Origin: Tubiluchus corallicola
Taxonomy: Eukaryota; Animalia; Priapulida
Length of the DNA stretch: 64,000 nt
Reading direction: 5' to 3'
Assembly (NCBI GenBank): GCA_030141605.1
Contig: JAQGDQ010000129.1
Location: 256,781-320,780 of the forward strand
Shown in pieces: positions 1 to 12,067 of this stretch. A program made the position numbers and the translations under genes. How positions within the stretch are numbered: position 1 is the first letter of the stretch; each line of letters starts with the position of its first letter. Under the pieces are notes generated by a model that was not told where the DNA came from, ran no database searches, and saw only the letters and a list, made by a program, of their open reading frames with translations.

Positions 1-1563
1 AGTCGCTTTGTTCATGTGTTTTCTGAGGCTGAACTTGGCTTTTTGAATCAGTAAGCCTTTGAATGACTTGTGAAGGATTACGATTCTGATCTACAGGTGT
101 ATCACTAGTTGAAGACTGACTTTCAGAGGCTTCAGCAATAGTTTCAGGTTTTCTAAAAGGCACTTCGGATGTGGAACTTGCGAAACTACTCACGTTGCCA
201 TTTTTCGTATTTTGGCAGCTGTCATAAAATACTGAGTTACTAATCTCAGTAGCTGCATCCTTATGAGCACTTTCCTGAGTAGCAGCGGTCTCTGCATTAT
301 CATAAAATACACTAGTACTTTTTGTTTCATTTGCTTTGGCTGATAACTCAGTTGAATATACAGGCTCTGAGATAACACTACTTTTTTCACTTTCATCATA
401 AAAAACAGAACTGCCCACTTTTTCTTTGTCTAGTTTTGCAGCAGCTGCTTTATGTAATAAATTTTTCAACTTATCTTTGTCACTTACATTATCGTTAATA
501 GGAACACTCTCACTAGACTGCACACCAAATGACAATGAAGGCCCATTCTTCCATGGTTCATGAATTGCCGGACTGCTTTTACTCACACGAGCAACGATGC
601 ACTCGTCAGCATCCGAATCTCCTAGTTTTGAGTTTGTATCTGAACGGGCATGAAGTATTTTGTTTGTCTCAATTTCGTTAGCAAAGGTGTCATCTTCTGC
701 TTCCACTTCTTCGGTGAGTTCTGTCATAGATGGTTTTGTTCTCTCAAATTTTCTAAAAGAAGGAATAATCAACGGCCGAATTTTGTGACCCGTAGGCTTA
801 TTAATGATCGACTGTATTGCATCAGGAACAGAAGGTTTTTTAGTAAAATCTAGTTTTTGGTGCTCTAATTTAGCATCTTTTAGCTCGTCTACCTCCATCT
901 CTTCTGAATCTTGTTCACTTATTACCGACAAGTTACGCTCTCTTTGCGGAGTGACAGGACTAACAGTTTTCGGATCTAAATCACCAACTGCTTTTTCTGT
1001 TATTGGACTCCTCTTTTCATTGTCTTTCTTTTCAAACACAAATGGCTTTTTTTCAAATGAAATAACAGGAAAACTTGGATCTGCACCAGCTTCAACTTTT
1101 TGCAATGATAACGGACGAGGCGTTAAAGGTGGTTTCACACCTTTAGCTTCTCCAACACGTTGTAGAGATAATGGCCTAGGTTGCAAAGGCGGTTTTTCAC
1201 TTATCGGTTTTTTCACATTAGTTTTACTTTCTATAGACTTCACAACACCTAGTACGCTTCTGCGTTCTTCATGATCATCACTTTTGGCTGCCATACTGAC
1301 ATCACCAAAAACTTTTTCTTCAGTGCCGCCAATTTCTTCATTTTTAATATTCTCTGATGACACTGCTTTTTCTGGGCTATGTGCATTTTGACTAGCAGGC
1401 ACTGTTGACTCGGTTGCAAGATAACTGTTCAATATGTTTGGAGGATCCGACTGGGAACTATAAGCAGGAGGAGAACTAAACCTGCTGAGGTCCACTTCAG
1501 GTAATCGTTCCCGCAACAAGGCATTGTCAGTTGTAGGCTTGTTTAACTGCACTGGCTCTTTAG
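1..1563 (-). CDS. MICALL2: MICAL-like large Pro/Ser/Glu/Lys-rich exon (open to window edge)
   Basis: TTCAG acceptor at 1564-1565 with phase-1 entry; the frame ([29 protein letters not shown]...) appears open to position 1, which would explain its absence from the ORF track. Confidence 0.85.
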
Positions 1564-4500
1564 CTGAAGCAAAAGAAAAATGCATCTGTTTAACAGTGCT
1601 GAATGTTGGCAAAAAGTAAAAATTTAAAAAAACCGGAAATACTGTAAATTATCTTCCGAGCAGTTTATATTTTACTTTCCTTTCTCTTTTTTTCACATCA
1701 TCTGTGCTTAAAAGGTTGCCCCCAAATTTGGCGATTTTCAGGTGCTTTTTCTTCTTTTTTTCAATGACATGAAGATCACGTCTTTTCAATTTTTTGACTA
1801 TGGTATTTCTTATAATAAATACATTATCATTAAAACTTTTTGACATTATATTTGATTGAAATATCATATCTTACTAAACTAAAATTTTCAACTCACAATA
1901 ATACAAAATTTAAACGTGATTTTTTTAAAATAAGTATTAATCACATATGCAGTAACCAGAACCTTACAGCCTTAAGTTTTAAACAATTTCTAAATCAAAA
2001 CAAAGGGCGAGGACAAAAGGCTATTATTAGCTGAAACAGTATTTCCTATTATTACTTTTAACAACTGGCTAAAACAAAGCATGAATACTATAAAATAGAA
2101 GTATTTCTGTGTTAAACAAAAACACTAAAGAGTAGCAAAATTTTAATGCTTTTCTCTTTGACATGTATTACAAGTAACCACACAAAATTTCAGTTCTTTA
2201 GACATGTTGAAACTATCCTGAATTGCTAACATCATATACAATCAGTAAAAACATTATACTGTACAAGTAAAACATACCCTAAATAACTTACTTGCAAAAC
2301 AAGAATTTTGGCAAACCAGGTTAAGTAGGTATATAGCACATAAAGAATAAACACTGTGGAACAACTGAGATTATTTTGGTTGCACTTTAGGAAGCCAGGT
2401 TTTTAGTTTTATTTCTGTGCTGAAGTTATAAACTATAGCATGGAAAATAAATTAAAAAGAAGTAGTTACAGAAATAACAGAATCATCATCATCATCAATA
2501 CCACCACCATCATTAGGACCAGCTGTCTAACTCAAAAAAGTGTATGAAGATAGATCAAACTTTAATAAACTGCTCATAGTAAACATGAGGAAATCAGTTT
2601 GAAGTTTGAGAAAAGTGATATGAATGAAAAGTAAAGGTCAAGGATCTTGGTGGAAACCAAAAGTTGTCAGGAAAACTCAAAAATGCAGTCTTTAAAAAAT
2701 GGTATGTAAACTCAATTACATCAATTACCCTAATTGTCAATTACATTAAATTATAAAATATAATGTAAAATGTGTTAATCTATGCTGATTAATTATCTTT
2801 TTTCTATTCTGAACCATCCCTTTCCAAACAACAAAAATTTTAATAGAAATAATAGTTCCACCAAAATATGAATTTTTTGTAAAAAATAGGGGCCCCATTG
2901 ATAGCAAAATTCTCAAGGAAAGTGCTACATAAAAAAATACAATATATCTACAACTGTTGAGAAAGTTGGAAACACCAAACAGAAAAAAGTAGCTAAAGAT
3001 TGTGCTGGTCATAGGACATAATAGATTAGCAGAAAAATACTGCAAAATTTTATTTCAGCACAAACATGTTAATGCCAGAAAGAAAATGTAATATGGAGGA
3101 CTTCACACAGAAGTAGCCATAAAAAGGAATATGACATAGTTGCTACAGTTTTGCACATGAGAATTCATAGGAGACATAATATAGAAAAACATGTAAAAAT
3201 GAAAATAGCTGAGTTCTTGCACTTCAAAAAAATAAATATACGATAAAAAAGAAAAAAATGCCTAAAACACATTTCCTACACAAAAATGAACTTGCAACTG
3301 ACTTAAAAAGTCTGCAAAGAAAGGTTCGAAAGATTTTACTTTCTCGCTCTTTGTGTTCTGAAATGGACTGAAACACCTGTCCGAAACAGTTTCACGTAAT
3401 GCACATGCAGACAGCAAGCAATCAAATAAGTATAATCTAAAGCAGAAAACCTTTTGAAATTGATAAAGTGATTAACTTTTCTTGGTAAAACAAATCAATG
3501 ATAAATTTTAGAGCTATATTTACAATTAAACTAAAACTTAGAAAATATTCTATAATTATATAATTACCATGCTTATTAAATTTAAACCAAAAACAAGTGC
3601 TGCTAAATCAGTTTTACAGCAGAATTTGCTTAATTCAAACATGTCCAAGAGCATAAAGTGTCAGCTGTGGGAACTATTTAAGACTTCCTAATAGCTGTCA
3701 AGCTAGTAATAAACTGCTGTTAAATAATTAATGCACGGGAAAAGGAAATGATGAATTGAAGGTCTACTTGGTCGTAGTCACACAAAAATTGTTTTCAACA
3801 GCAACATCGAGTTCAAAGAGTAAAAAGTTCCAGCTTAAAATTCTTTTCAGGCCAGCACAAATCATCCAGGCTGTACAACAATGCAACAATTATATAATCC
3901 AGCTCTGGTTAAAACTATCAAAAAACTGTTAAAATATTGAATGTAATGCTGCAAAGAATATGCTTTAATTTTTCTTTAGTATAGGAAAGCTGTAAGAAGG
4001 TGGATGCACAGTTATTTACATTATACATAACAGTTGTTGTGCATTTACAGTAGCTGCCGCTTAATAGACTCAATCGCTTAAATGACACAAAAGTGCCTGG
4101 TACGGACCACTTCTATTCAAATGTACATAAAAACTGTCTGTAATTGACTCAAATAACTCCACATAATTGACTCAATATTTTTCCTTCACATACTTAAAAT
4201 AAGATCTGAATAAGCCTAAAGAGCCTTTCCTACTTTTATGTCATCTTTGCTTTGCTTTTGTGCACTATAATATATGTGGAAACACCCAAGTTAAGTACTG
4301 TTTTGTTTGTAAGCAGGTACGTTTATCATGTGCTAATATGCTAGCACGTAGATGTGTTTTGAATATGTTACCCGCTCGTCCACTGCAATTGACCTTGTTC
4401 TCCAAGAATTTCTGGAAGCTAACCATTTGATCACTTACTAGCGGTTTCCTTTTGTAGCTCTTTTTGCAAATCGTGCTTTAACACTTAACCAGTTAACAGC

Positions 4501-7500
4501 CAAAGATGCAGGTACAGTAATCAGCCAGTAGTCCTTTTTGACTTACATCATACAGCAAAAAAGGGCATAGAGTTAAGAAGTTTGAAAAACTGCAGCTCAA
4601 GCAAGCCAAGCGCTAAATGTTTTACGAGAATACGTGCATCACATAGCGACAGATTTTCAACTTTTTTATAATTATGACAACTTTTTCAGCTAACTTCTTC
4701 GTGATAAAATGAAACAACCGACTTTGAAGGATTTTTTGTGATTTTTGCAAATAAACAGACTTGTGTGGTTTAGAAAAGTATACTTTTTAATTTATTGCTA
4801 ACTCACTTATACAAACTAATATTTTAAAATATTTTTTTAAAATTTTTAACTGCGCAAAGGAATTTAGGCATTAAAATTCATTAAAAACCTTTGCAGTGCA
4901 TAGTAAGCTGATGACTCATACTTCTATACCAGTAATACTACACCCATCATTAATAGGTTTAGTTGGTTAATTGGGCCAAAACACTTCGGTCGAGTCTATT
5001 AAGAGGTGCCTACTGTATTTACGTAGCATTCTCTGGTCACCATTAATGAATAATATGTATATTTCAACAAGCGAACATTGTCAGAGCTTCTGTTTGCTCT
5101 CCACTAAGATCATGCAAGAGAATAAACTCCACTAAAGTCATGCAGAAATTATGAGAAGACTGATGCTCCTCTTTTGAGATCTCCCACCCTTTCTGGAAAG
5201 ATATAAAACTGTGTAATGTCATACTTACTTTGTTGTTCTGGTTCATGCTGATGCTTTGTGCATTCAAAAGCTTCAGTGGTAGGCGAATAATAACCACCAG
5301 GTTTTAAAGTAGCATTGCAACGGCGGCAACGGAAACATGTGCGATGGTATAAAATTCCTTCAACAATGTGCCTTTCCAGCAGATAAACCTGTAAAATGAA
5401 AATAATTAAATACTGTGAACACGGAATTATGATGAAGTAATTAAAACTAGCAAACTCTGCCGAAGCATTTTGCACAAAGCTAAATTTATTTTCAAACATG
5501 TCGTGATAACGATATGAAGCATGATAATGAAGCACCATAAGACTCTTACACCAATGCTCAATAATGCAACAAAACTCTACATAGTAACTTGTTTATCCAG
5601 AAACAAAGCAAAAATAATAGATTTAACAGTAACGATATGCAAGCCTTCTCTAAGCATCCAATTCACTCAGTGAATACCAAAACTATGTACTTTCATTTAT
5701 TTGGTTTTATCAATAAAATCATTTGCAACTTGTAGTATATTTCTTTCTTGACCTTCAAGTGAGCTTATTTTGCTTTGAAATTACCAGAACCCAAACACTT
5801 TTTTAGAAGTCACAAGAGCAGAATTCTGCAAGCTGGGGTAAAGCTAGGAGAATGAAATTTCAAGCCTAAGCTTTGAATTACCCTAATATTAGTTTTTCTG
5901 GAAACAGAATATATGAAACCTACAAAAATAAGACAAAGTTTTGAAACTAAAGGCTAAACAACAACTTTTTCGGTACTAAAATTGTTTACCAGCAATTAAG
6001 AGCTACTAAACTTCTTCAAATAAACTACTTTTAAATTCACTGTGAAACTGCTACATTGAACTGAAAAATATACAATTTTGTATAAAGGTGCATTAATTTA
6101 TTAGATCAGTTCATGGAATGAAACACATAAATATCAATTTTTAAGCTATTTCAGCTAAGAGTATCAACTCGATGTTAAAAAATATTTCATATGAAAATGT
6201 CCTCAAATTTTAAAGTTAGTGAAGCCAAACTTTACCACACTTCTGAATGAAAACAAACACTAAAGCTCCAACAAACACAAACAATTTATTTCTGCAGAAA
6301 AAGATTTTACTATACATGCACTATGTTAAGTGGTTAGCTGTACTCAGCTAAATTTGCCTGGGGATGGCTAACAATGTAACCAAAATGTAGCATATGTATA
6401 GTGAGGTGTTTTCCAACAAAAATAACCCCGTGGTTGTGTTTACCAAGACTTTAGTGCTTGTTTTCATTCTGAGATTGAGATCTCTTCCACCAAATCATTA
6501 TTATACCTTTTTGTTGCATGCATGACATACATCAGACAAAGAAGGACGTTTTGCAGAACTAGGTGGTGATGTCACTGAATCAGCTGAAGTCTGAAAAAAT
6601 AATAAACGCAACTGTCAAAGATATGCATATATGAGCCGTGTAATTAGCAAGGAACAATCACAAAATGCAACATTTTACGTAACCACTTGAATGTTTCCTA
6701 CTAAAAGTTACAAACAAAAAGAGAAGAACTCTGGCATATACTACAAATGTTTTTTTTTATATTTGGATTCTTTCATACAAGTCGCCTCAACAAAGGCCAA
6801 AGGTAAGGGGGCAACAGTGAAAAGGTGAAGAAATAAATATGCAAATGAATAAATGTACAGAGGACAGAATCGTATATCTATTTTGCTAATGGCAGAAAGT
6901 ATCTGTTAAAGTTTTTCTTGAATCACGGGGCAAGAAGCACAATAAATTATCAAATTACTGCATGCTATCAAAGCAAAATGAAAAAAATTTACATAAGAAC
7001 TTCTACCTTAGACTCATCACTTTTGTTCTCTTGCGTTGCAGAAAATGGTCGTTTAGTTGTGGTAACCAGCTTCTTGTCTAAAACTTTCTTGCCCAAATTC
7101 TTGTGTGCAAATACAGTAAACTTGTGTGGTGATTTCATTGGAGGTGCTGGAGCTCCTGTAAACAAAAATTTAAAAAAACTTAAATTATCTAGAATTTAAT
7201 GTTCAGTTTAGTATTTTGTTTTATTTTACCATCATTTACAGCTTACTTTGGATAACCATCTAAAAAGCTGGGATCTGTCTACATACATCTGACTAGAGTC
7301 ACTAGAGCCTAAATATTAGGACATCTAGCAAAAAATATGCTTTAGCTCTGATCTGCCTCACAGGCTTGAGCAAAGTACATTATGTATCTCAATGCAACAC
7401 AAATTATATGTAAGAACAAACTGCAACACCAATGAAAATATATTCAAGAAAGTAAAATTAATTCCTAAAAAAGAACAAAATTCATGAGGCATGAAACATA

Positions 7501-10500
7501 CTAAATTTTAATCACTTCATTCAAGCTTCATTTTAATTTTGTTTTAAAACAATGACTGCCACATAGCAAAAAGTCAAGAAATTATGCACAAAACAAACGA
7601 CTCTAAACTTTGGCAGCTTTTCATTGCAGATTGTTTTAAAATTCGAGCTAGTTTGGCAACCGGTTAAGTCAGTCTTATACAATTAAGCTAAAGGTTAATG
7701 CACCAAAAAACTGCAGTTGTGCCTGTTTCTCAACTGAACAAGTTTGCAAATTACTGGCTATAAAGTCACATTCTGGCAAACGACACAGCATGCCCATTGT
7801 AGAAAATCAAAAATTAATTTAATTACCCAAACTTTACAACTGCTACTGTTGTTGGGTACAGATTTAAATGTGGGTTGGTATCTTCCAAACTTTTCATTTG
7901 CACAAATAACACTGAAATCCACTTGATTAAAAATGTTTTAAAAAAATCAATTTACTTTATAAGATTAGCACATCCCTCATAATCTAAAAACAGATTTTTT
8001 GCACACAGTTTTGTAGCCTAACACTGTCTGGGGTAACATTTCAGAATACTTCAATAAGTCACTGTTATACTGTTTCTTACATGTACTGACATTTCATTGA
8101 TAGCAATGGTAATTTTAAGAGTTACACAAACACAAACTTGAAACAGTCTCATAAAATTGATTGCATAGCATCAAAACAAGTTTTGTGAATTCCTGTACAG
8201 CTGTGCATAAAAATGAAGACAACTAAAACAAATAAATACCAAATAAAACAACTCATTTTACAAACGTGATTGGGGTAAAAGTGCACAGCAAAATCCAATA
8301 ACCAAAAGACGATCAAAAACTTCATGAAACAGTTCAGTAACGTGTTCCCGGAAACGATACAGTGAACTATGAAAACACTCGGTCTGGTAACACAAACATT
8401 TTTCAATCATACTCACTGCATGGAAATCTGTAAAGTGGAATTGTACACATTTCATTCACACAATCTATACATTTATGCATGTTAATCTCATGAGTTCATC
8501 AGGGTAAATTTATGATGGATCGTTCCATATAATATATGCAAAAACTTTTCAGCGATGGGGCTGAGAAAGTCCAATTCAGTGCTAGCTTTTATATATATAA
8601 TGTTAAATATCATAATTATAATACAGAACTGTCGCCTATAGCTATTTGTTAGTTTTAAAGTATTTTATCTTGGACTGGATATTTTTACAAATGCTCTTTG
8701 GATGTAAACATGGAATTAGTTACACTTGTTTATAACTTGAACGTATAATGATAACCATAGCTTGTCATTTTAAATAAGTTTTAAATGTGTCATATAGAAG
8801 TGGCCTTGAACCCATTTAATTTTTATCTTTATATACATCAAAGTTTCCCAATACAAAAAAAGACAAACTTACGGGTAGCGTGATTATTGATATGCAAACA
8901 TGCTCATTTCATTTAAGACTGTGCAATTTACCAATGTGATTTACACTCACTGGTTCACACACAAACACACTGCACAGCAATGTGATACGCAGCAGTACAC
9001 AACTCATACGTACTTTAAATACTCAGTGGAGTTATCAAATTCACTTTTTCACTGGAAATGTGGTAATAAATTCAAATAAAAAAGATATCAAAAATACTAG
9101 GTAAAAGCAAGTGTATTTGAATTTGCTTGCTTAATCTGAGTAAGTCAAGTTACATTTATAAGTCAAAAATTTGTGAAGCTCAAACTAAATAGTTTTCAAA
9201 TAAATTCAAATGAAAAATATATCAAAAATACTAGGTAAAAGCAAGTGTATTTGAATTTGCTTGCTTAATTTGAGTAAGCCAAGTTACATTTATAAGTCAA
9301 AAATTTGCAAAGCTCAAACTAAATAGTTTTCAGGCATGAAAATAACAAATAAGCCGAAAAGCAACAAAGCTACTTTCTCCATCAGTATTTAAACTACAGG
9401 CACTGGCCTGCTACATCGCAAACATTGAATTGTATGAACTGGGCAATTGCCTTTCTTTGTCCTGATTCAGTCATGCTGATAATTTGAGAAGAGTTGTAAT
9501 TTTGGCCTGCTGGGCATGTCACACCTAATTATGTCTTGCTTTATGTAATTGTGATCTTCAAATATTATCATTTTTTTATATAGTTTAACATTCTGCAAGC
9601 TTGGAACCATTACTAACGTGGAGGGGTAGCTGATTATAGATGGTTAATGCTAGATTGATGCCTACCTTATTATCAAGGCCAACCTCTAAAACATGATGCC
9701 AAATAAGCAGAAGTGCCTTGTGCCATATTTGGATATTATATAGTATACATTCTTTGTTAACTGGACAAAATTAAATGAAGCAAATTGGCCATTGAAACAC
9801 TCCAGCAGCAGCTTAGCTGGTGGAAAACAGACACCCAGGCTGGTCACTATTATTGCTACTATTAGCTTATGGCCAAAGTTGCTAGTCATTCGCTTTACAC
9901 GTAAATGTTCCAAGTTCGAAAACAACCTGCGCAATATTTTGCATGACAAATGTATTTACAACTGTTCCTATACCCACATGAAATTTATCTCAGGCTCTAT
10001 GTTCTTTACAATTGTCTTAAATCAAAATAATAGCAGATCAGTATACCCAACATTCTAAATGATTCTCTTTACCTTTAAGATTATGCAATCAGTCTAGACA
10101 AACAACTCTGTTGTAAAGTTAACGTTATAAAACAACTCATGGAGAAAATTGTACCTAACATATTACAGACTCTTCGAACAAATTATCAGAGAAGACGTCA
10201 AACAAAATCTGTGCAGCAGACATGCGAAAAAAACTTGATCAGTGAAATAAAGCTGGTCGGGATTGTTCTTCAAGTCAAAAGAAATATGTTGACACTCATA
10301 ATTAGATAAGTTCTTCAAGTACACTCATCAAATCTGTATTAAACTAATTTAAAGCTACAGCATTATGCATCATCGTAAAATGAAAAACATAAGTAAAGTT
10401 ATCTAAATGAAACTGGAAGAAACAATTAATGGTTTGCTGACACTACAAAGAGTTAACACAGCATAATATAGCTACAAAATAAGTGAAAGAACAATAAGAT

Positions 10501-12067
10501 ACTGATGCACGATAACCAAAATTGGCCTAGCTGCCAAAACAATCGTAAACAAAGACTTGGACAACTTTTTTCTTCAACTACAATTTTTATCGGCAAATTA
10601 CCAAAACGTCCAGTGAAAGCCATGAATTTTTCACCCATTGAATTGCACAGAATCAGAAAGAAATGGTGGTCAACAAAGTGAGGCTTATTTCTTTATTAGC
10701 AAAACAAAAACAAGAATGGTCCTATGATACTGACAGGAAGTATAGGGATAGACTAGTTATCTATTTATAAAACTTCAGCACACGAAAACATTTGACCAGC
10801 CCTTCGCTCAGCTAACTTTCTTCTCTCTCTCGATACATTATCAGGTACTAACAAACTTGGCTGGCAAATGTTGGGAAACCATGTGTCATGTTTTGTCAAC
10901 TTTAGATGGCCCAGATAGGAAATAGCAATGTTGACTAATTCTCAGAAACTTTCCGAAAATCCATTAGAACAGAAGAGAAACAAAACAATGACAAATTCAT
11001 GAAAACTGCACTTGTTCGAATGAATGCATCAACAAAAACTCCTTAGTGAAAAACTGCTAAAAAATTTTCAAATGATTTTTGTTGAACAGATGAGGCAAAT
11101 TTTAGTCATAAGAGTACCAGCAATCTTAGTTAAACAAAGTTATACTCATACCTCGTGGATGTTTGCTAAAATAATTGTAGTACTGAGAAACATAGGTGAC
11201 GATACAAAGCCGATCTGGCACTGGAATTTCAACCATGTCTTCGGGGTCCAGCAACTGTGGGATGCCAAGCTCTTTTTCTGCAGTTTCAAAAGCCAGATGA
11301 TTGTTCTCCGCAACATTCTCTTTCGACAAACAAGAGAAATCACTAAAACACAAACAAGATGGCTGGTAGGCATTTTAATAGTGGAAAAAATAAGCTTGAG
11401 TCTTTTAAAAATGACTTTTACTAATTCCAGTAGAGCAAAGCATGATCTGCATTTGTGCTGGCTCATCATTCATTTAACCAAAATAAATCACATAATATAT
11501 TTGGTATTTACTTATAAAAGTCTGCATCTAACATAGCTACTAGCTGAGCTAATCCAATCAAAATGCAACAGGAATTCAGATTCATGGCAGCAATTTGCAA
11601 AATATAGCCAACCTAGCATTTTTAAACACTTTTTGACCAAGTTATATTTATTGTATGTACAAAGCTAAACAACGAAATATAAACAACGGGATCATGTAAT
11701 TGAAAATTTACTACGCACTCTGAGCATTTTACCATTTTGCAGCTGCTGTTTTTCGAATGATTAAAAATTTCAGTTTTTGAAACTTATCCTTTGGACCTAT
11801 TCTTATACACTCTCACATATAATCAAATACAGAATTAATCAAACAGCACAACTATGTATAAATTAAATATCGTTAAATTTGAGAGAGAAACAATGCATTT
11901 TAGAACACTTACATAAGATCAGGTCGGAAATGGTGAATAATTGCACAGAAGGCTAATCCGTCTTTCCATGACCTTGACATGTCTTTCACATCCACATCCT
12001 TATAATTCCGTGTCACTTCTTTACACCAGGCTTGTAGAGCCTTAATCTGGCTGTTACCAGAAGCCAT
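1..12067 (-). CDS. MICALL2: MICAL-like protein (MICALL1/MICALL2 family), 5' part; join(12067-11913,11342-11152,7155-7007,6590-6507,5388-5229,1563-<1); continues beyond left edge
   Basis: Spliced translation [110 protein letters not shown] is a MICAL-L type CH domain at the N-terminus with no monooxygenase domain. It is followed by a LIM domain and a long low-complexity Pro-rich exon. All junctions are GT-AG with consistent phases. MICALL1 vs MICALL2 is not resolvable (probably a pro-ortholog). Confidence 0.9.
3340..3357 (-). CDS. candidate 18-nt cassette microexon of MICAL-like gene (adds KHKERE)
   Basis: TTTCAG|AACACAAAGAGCGAGAAA|GTAAAA, symmetric phase 1 matching the flanking exons; TGC-rich and TGCATG motifs upstream. 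Confidence 0.4.
4048..5015. mobile_element. non-autonomous Tc1/mariner(pogo)-type DNA transposon (MITE), copy A, in MICAL-L intron
   Basis: 24-bp imperfect TIRs CAGTAGCTGCCGCTTAATAGACTC / GAGTCTATTAAGAGGTGCCTACTG flanked by TA on both sides; subterminal TAATTGACTCAA repeats; no transposase ORF. Confidence 0.88.
5229..5388 (-). CDS. MICALL2: MICAL-like coding exon 5 (LIM domain)
   Basis: [33 protein letters not shown]...FECTKH is a LIM zinc-finger pattern; GTAAGT donor, phase 1. Confidence 0.93.
6507..6590 (-). CDS. MICALL2: MICAL-like coding exon 4 (start of LIM domain)
   Basis: 84 nt, [28 protein letters not shown] supplies the first CxxC of the LIM domain; TTTCAG acceptor, GTATAA donor. 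Confidence 0.88.
7007..7155 (-). CDS. MICALL2: MICAL-like coding exon 3 (CH-LIM linker)
   Basis: Open frame [16 protein letters not shown]...DESK; phase 1 in, phase 0 out; TTTACAG acceptor and GTAGAA donor. Confidence 0.8.
9065..9332. repeat. tandem duplication, 2 x 134 bp
   Basis: 9065-9198 and 9199-9332 are near-identical, with about 6 substitutions. Confidence 0.95.
11152..11342 (-). CDS. MICALL2: MICAL-like coding exon 2 (second half of CH domain)
   Basis: [18 protein letters not shown]...[13 protein letters not shown]...[17 protein letters not shown]; AG acceptor 11343-11344; GTATGA donor, phase 1. Confidence 0.93.
11913..12067 (-). CDS. MICALL2: MICAL-like coding exon 1 (start codon, first half of CH domain)
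   Basis: ATG at 12067; acceptor CAG at 12157-12159 upstream; donor GTAAGT at 11912, phase 2. Confidence 0.92.

Noticed and set aside
804-1274. 156-aa plus-strand ORF (and 650..853)
   Set aside because: Antisense shadow of the MICAL-L large exon
1649-1867. Lys-rich 72-aa ORF
   Set aside because: Intronic and driven by A-runs; looks like repeat-derived low-complexity sequence with no fitting splice sites
5149-5191. Apparent extra exon after the LIM exon ([13 protein letters not shown])
   Set aside because: Would need a 37-nt intron and ends in a stop; more simply ORF run-through into the intron
8020-8041. TAACACTGTCTGG, identical to the 5' 13 nt of miR-200a/141
   Set aside because: The 3' half diverges and the upstream arm gives only a short mismatched stem with a 5-nt loop; not a credible pre-miRNA
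11024-11536. 170-aa plus-strand ORF
   Set aside because: Antisense to the CH-domain exon; no recognisable domain
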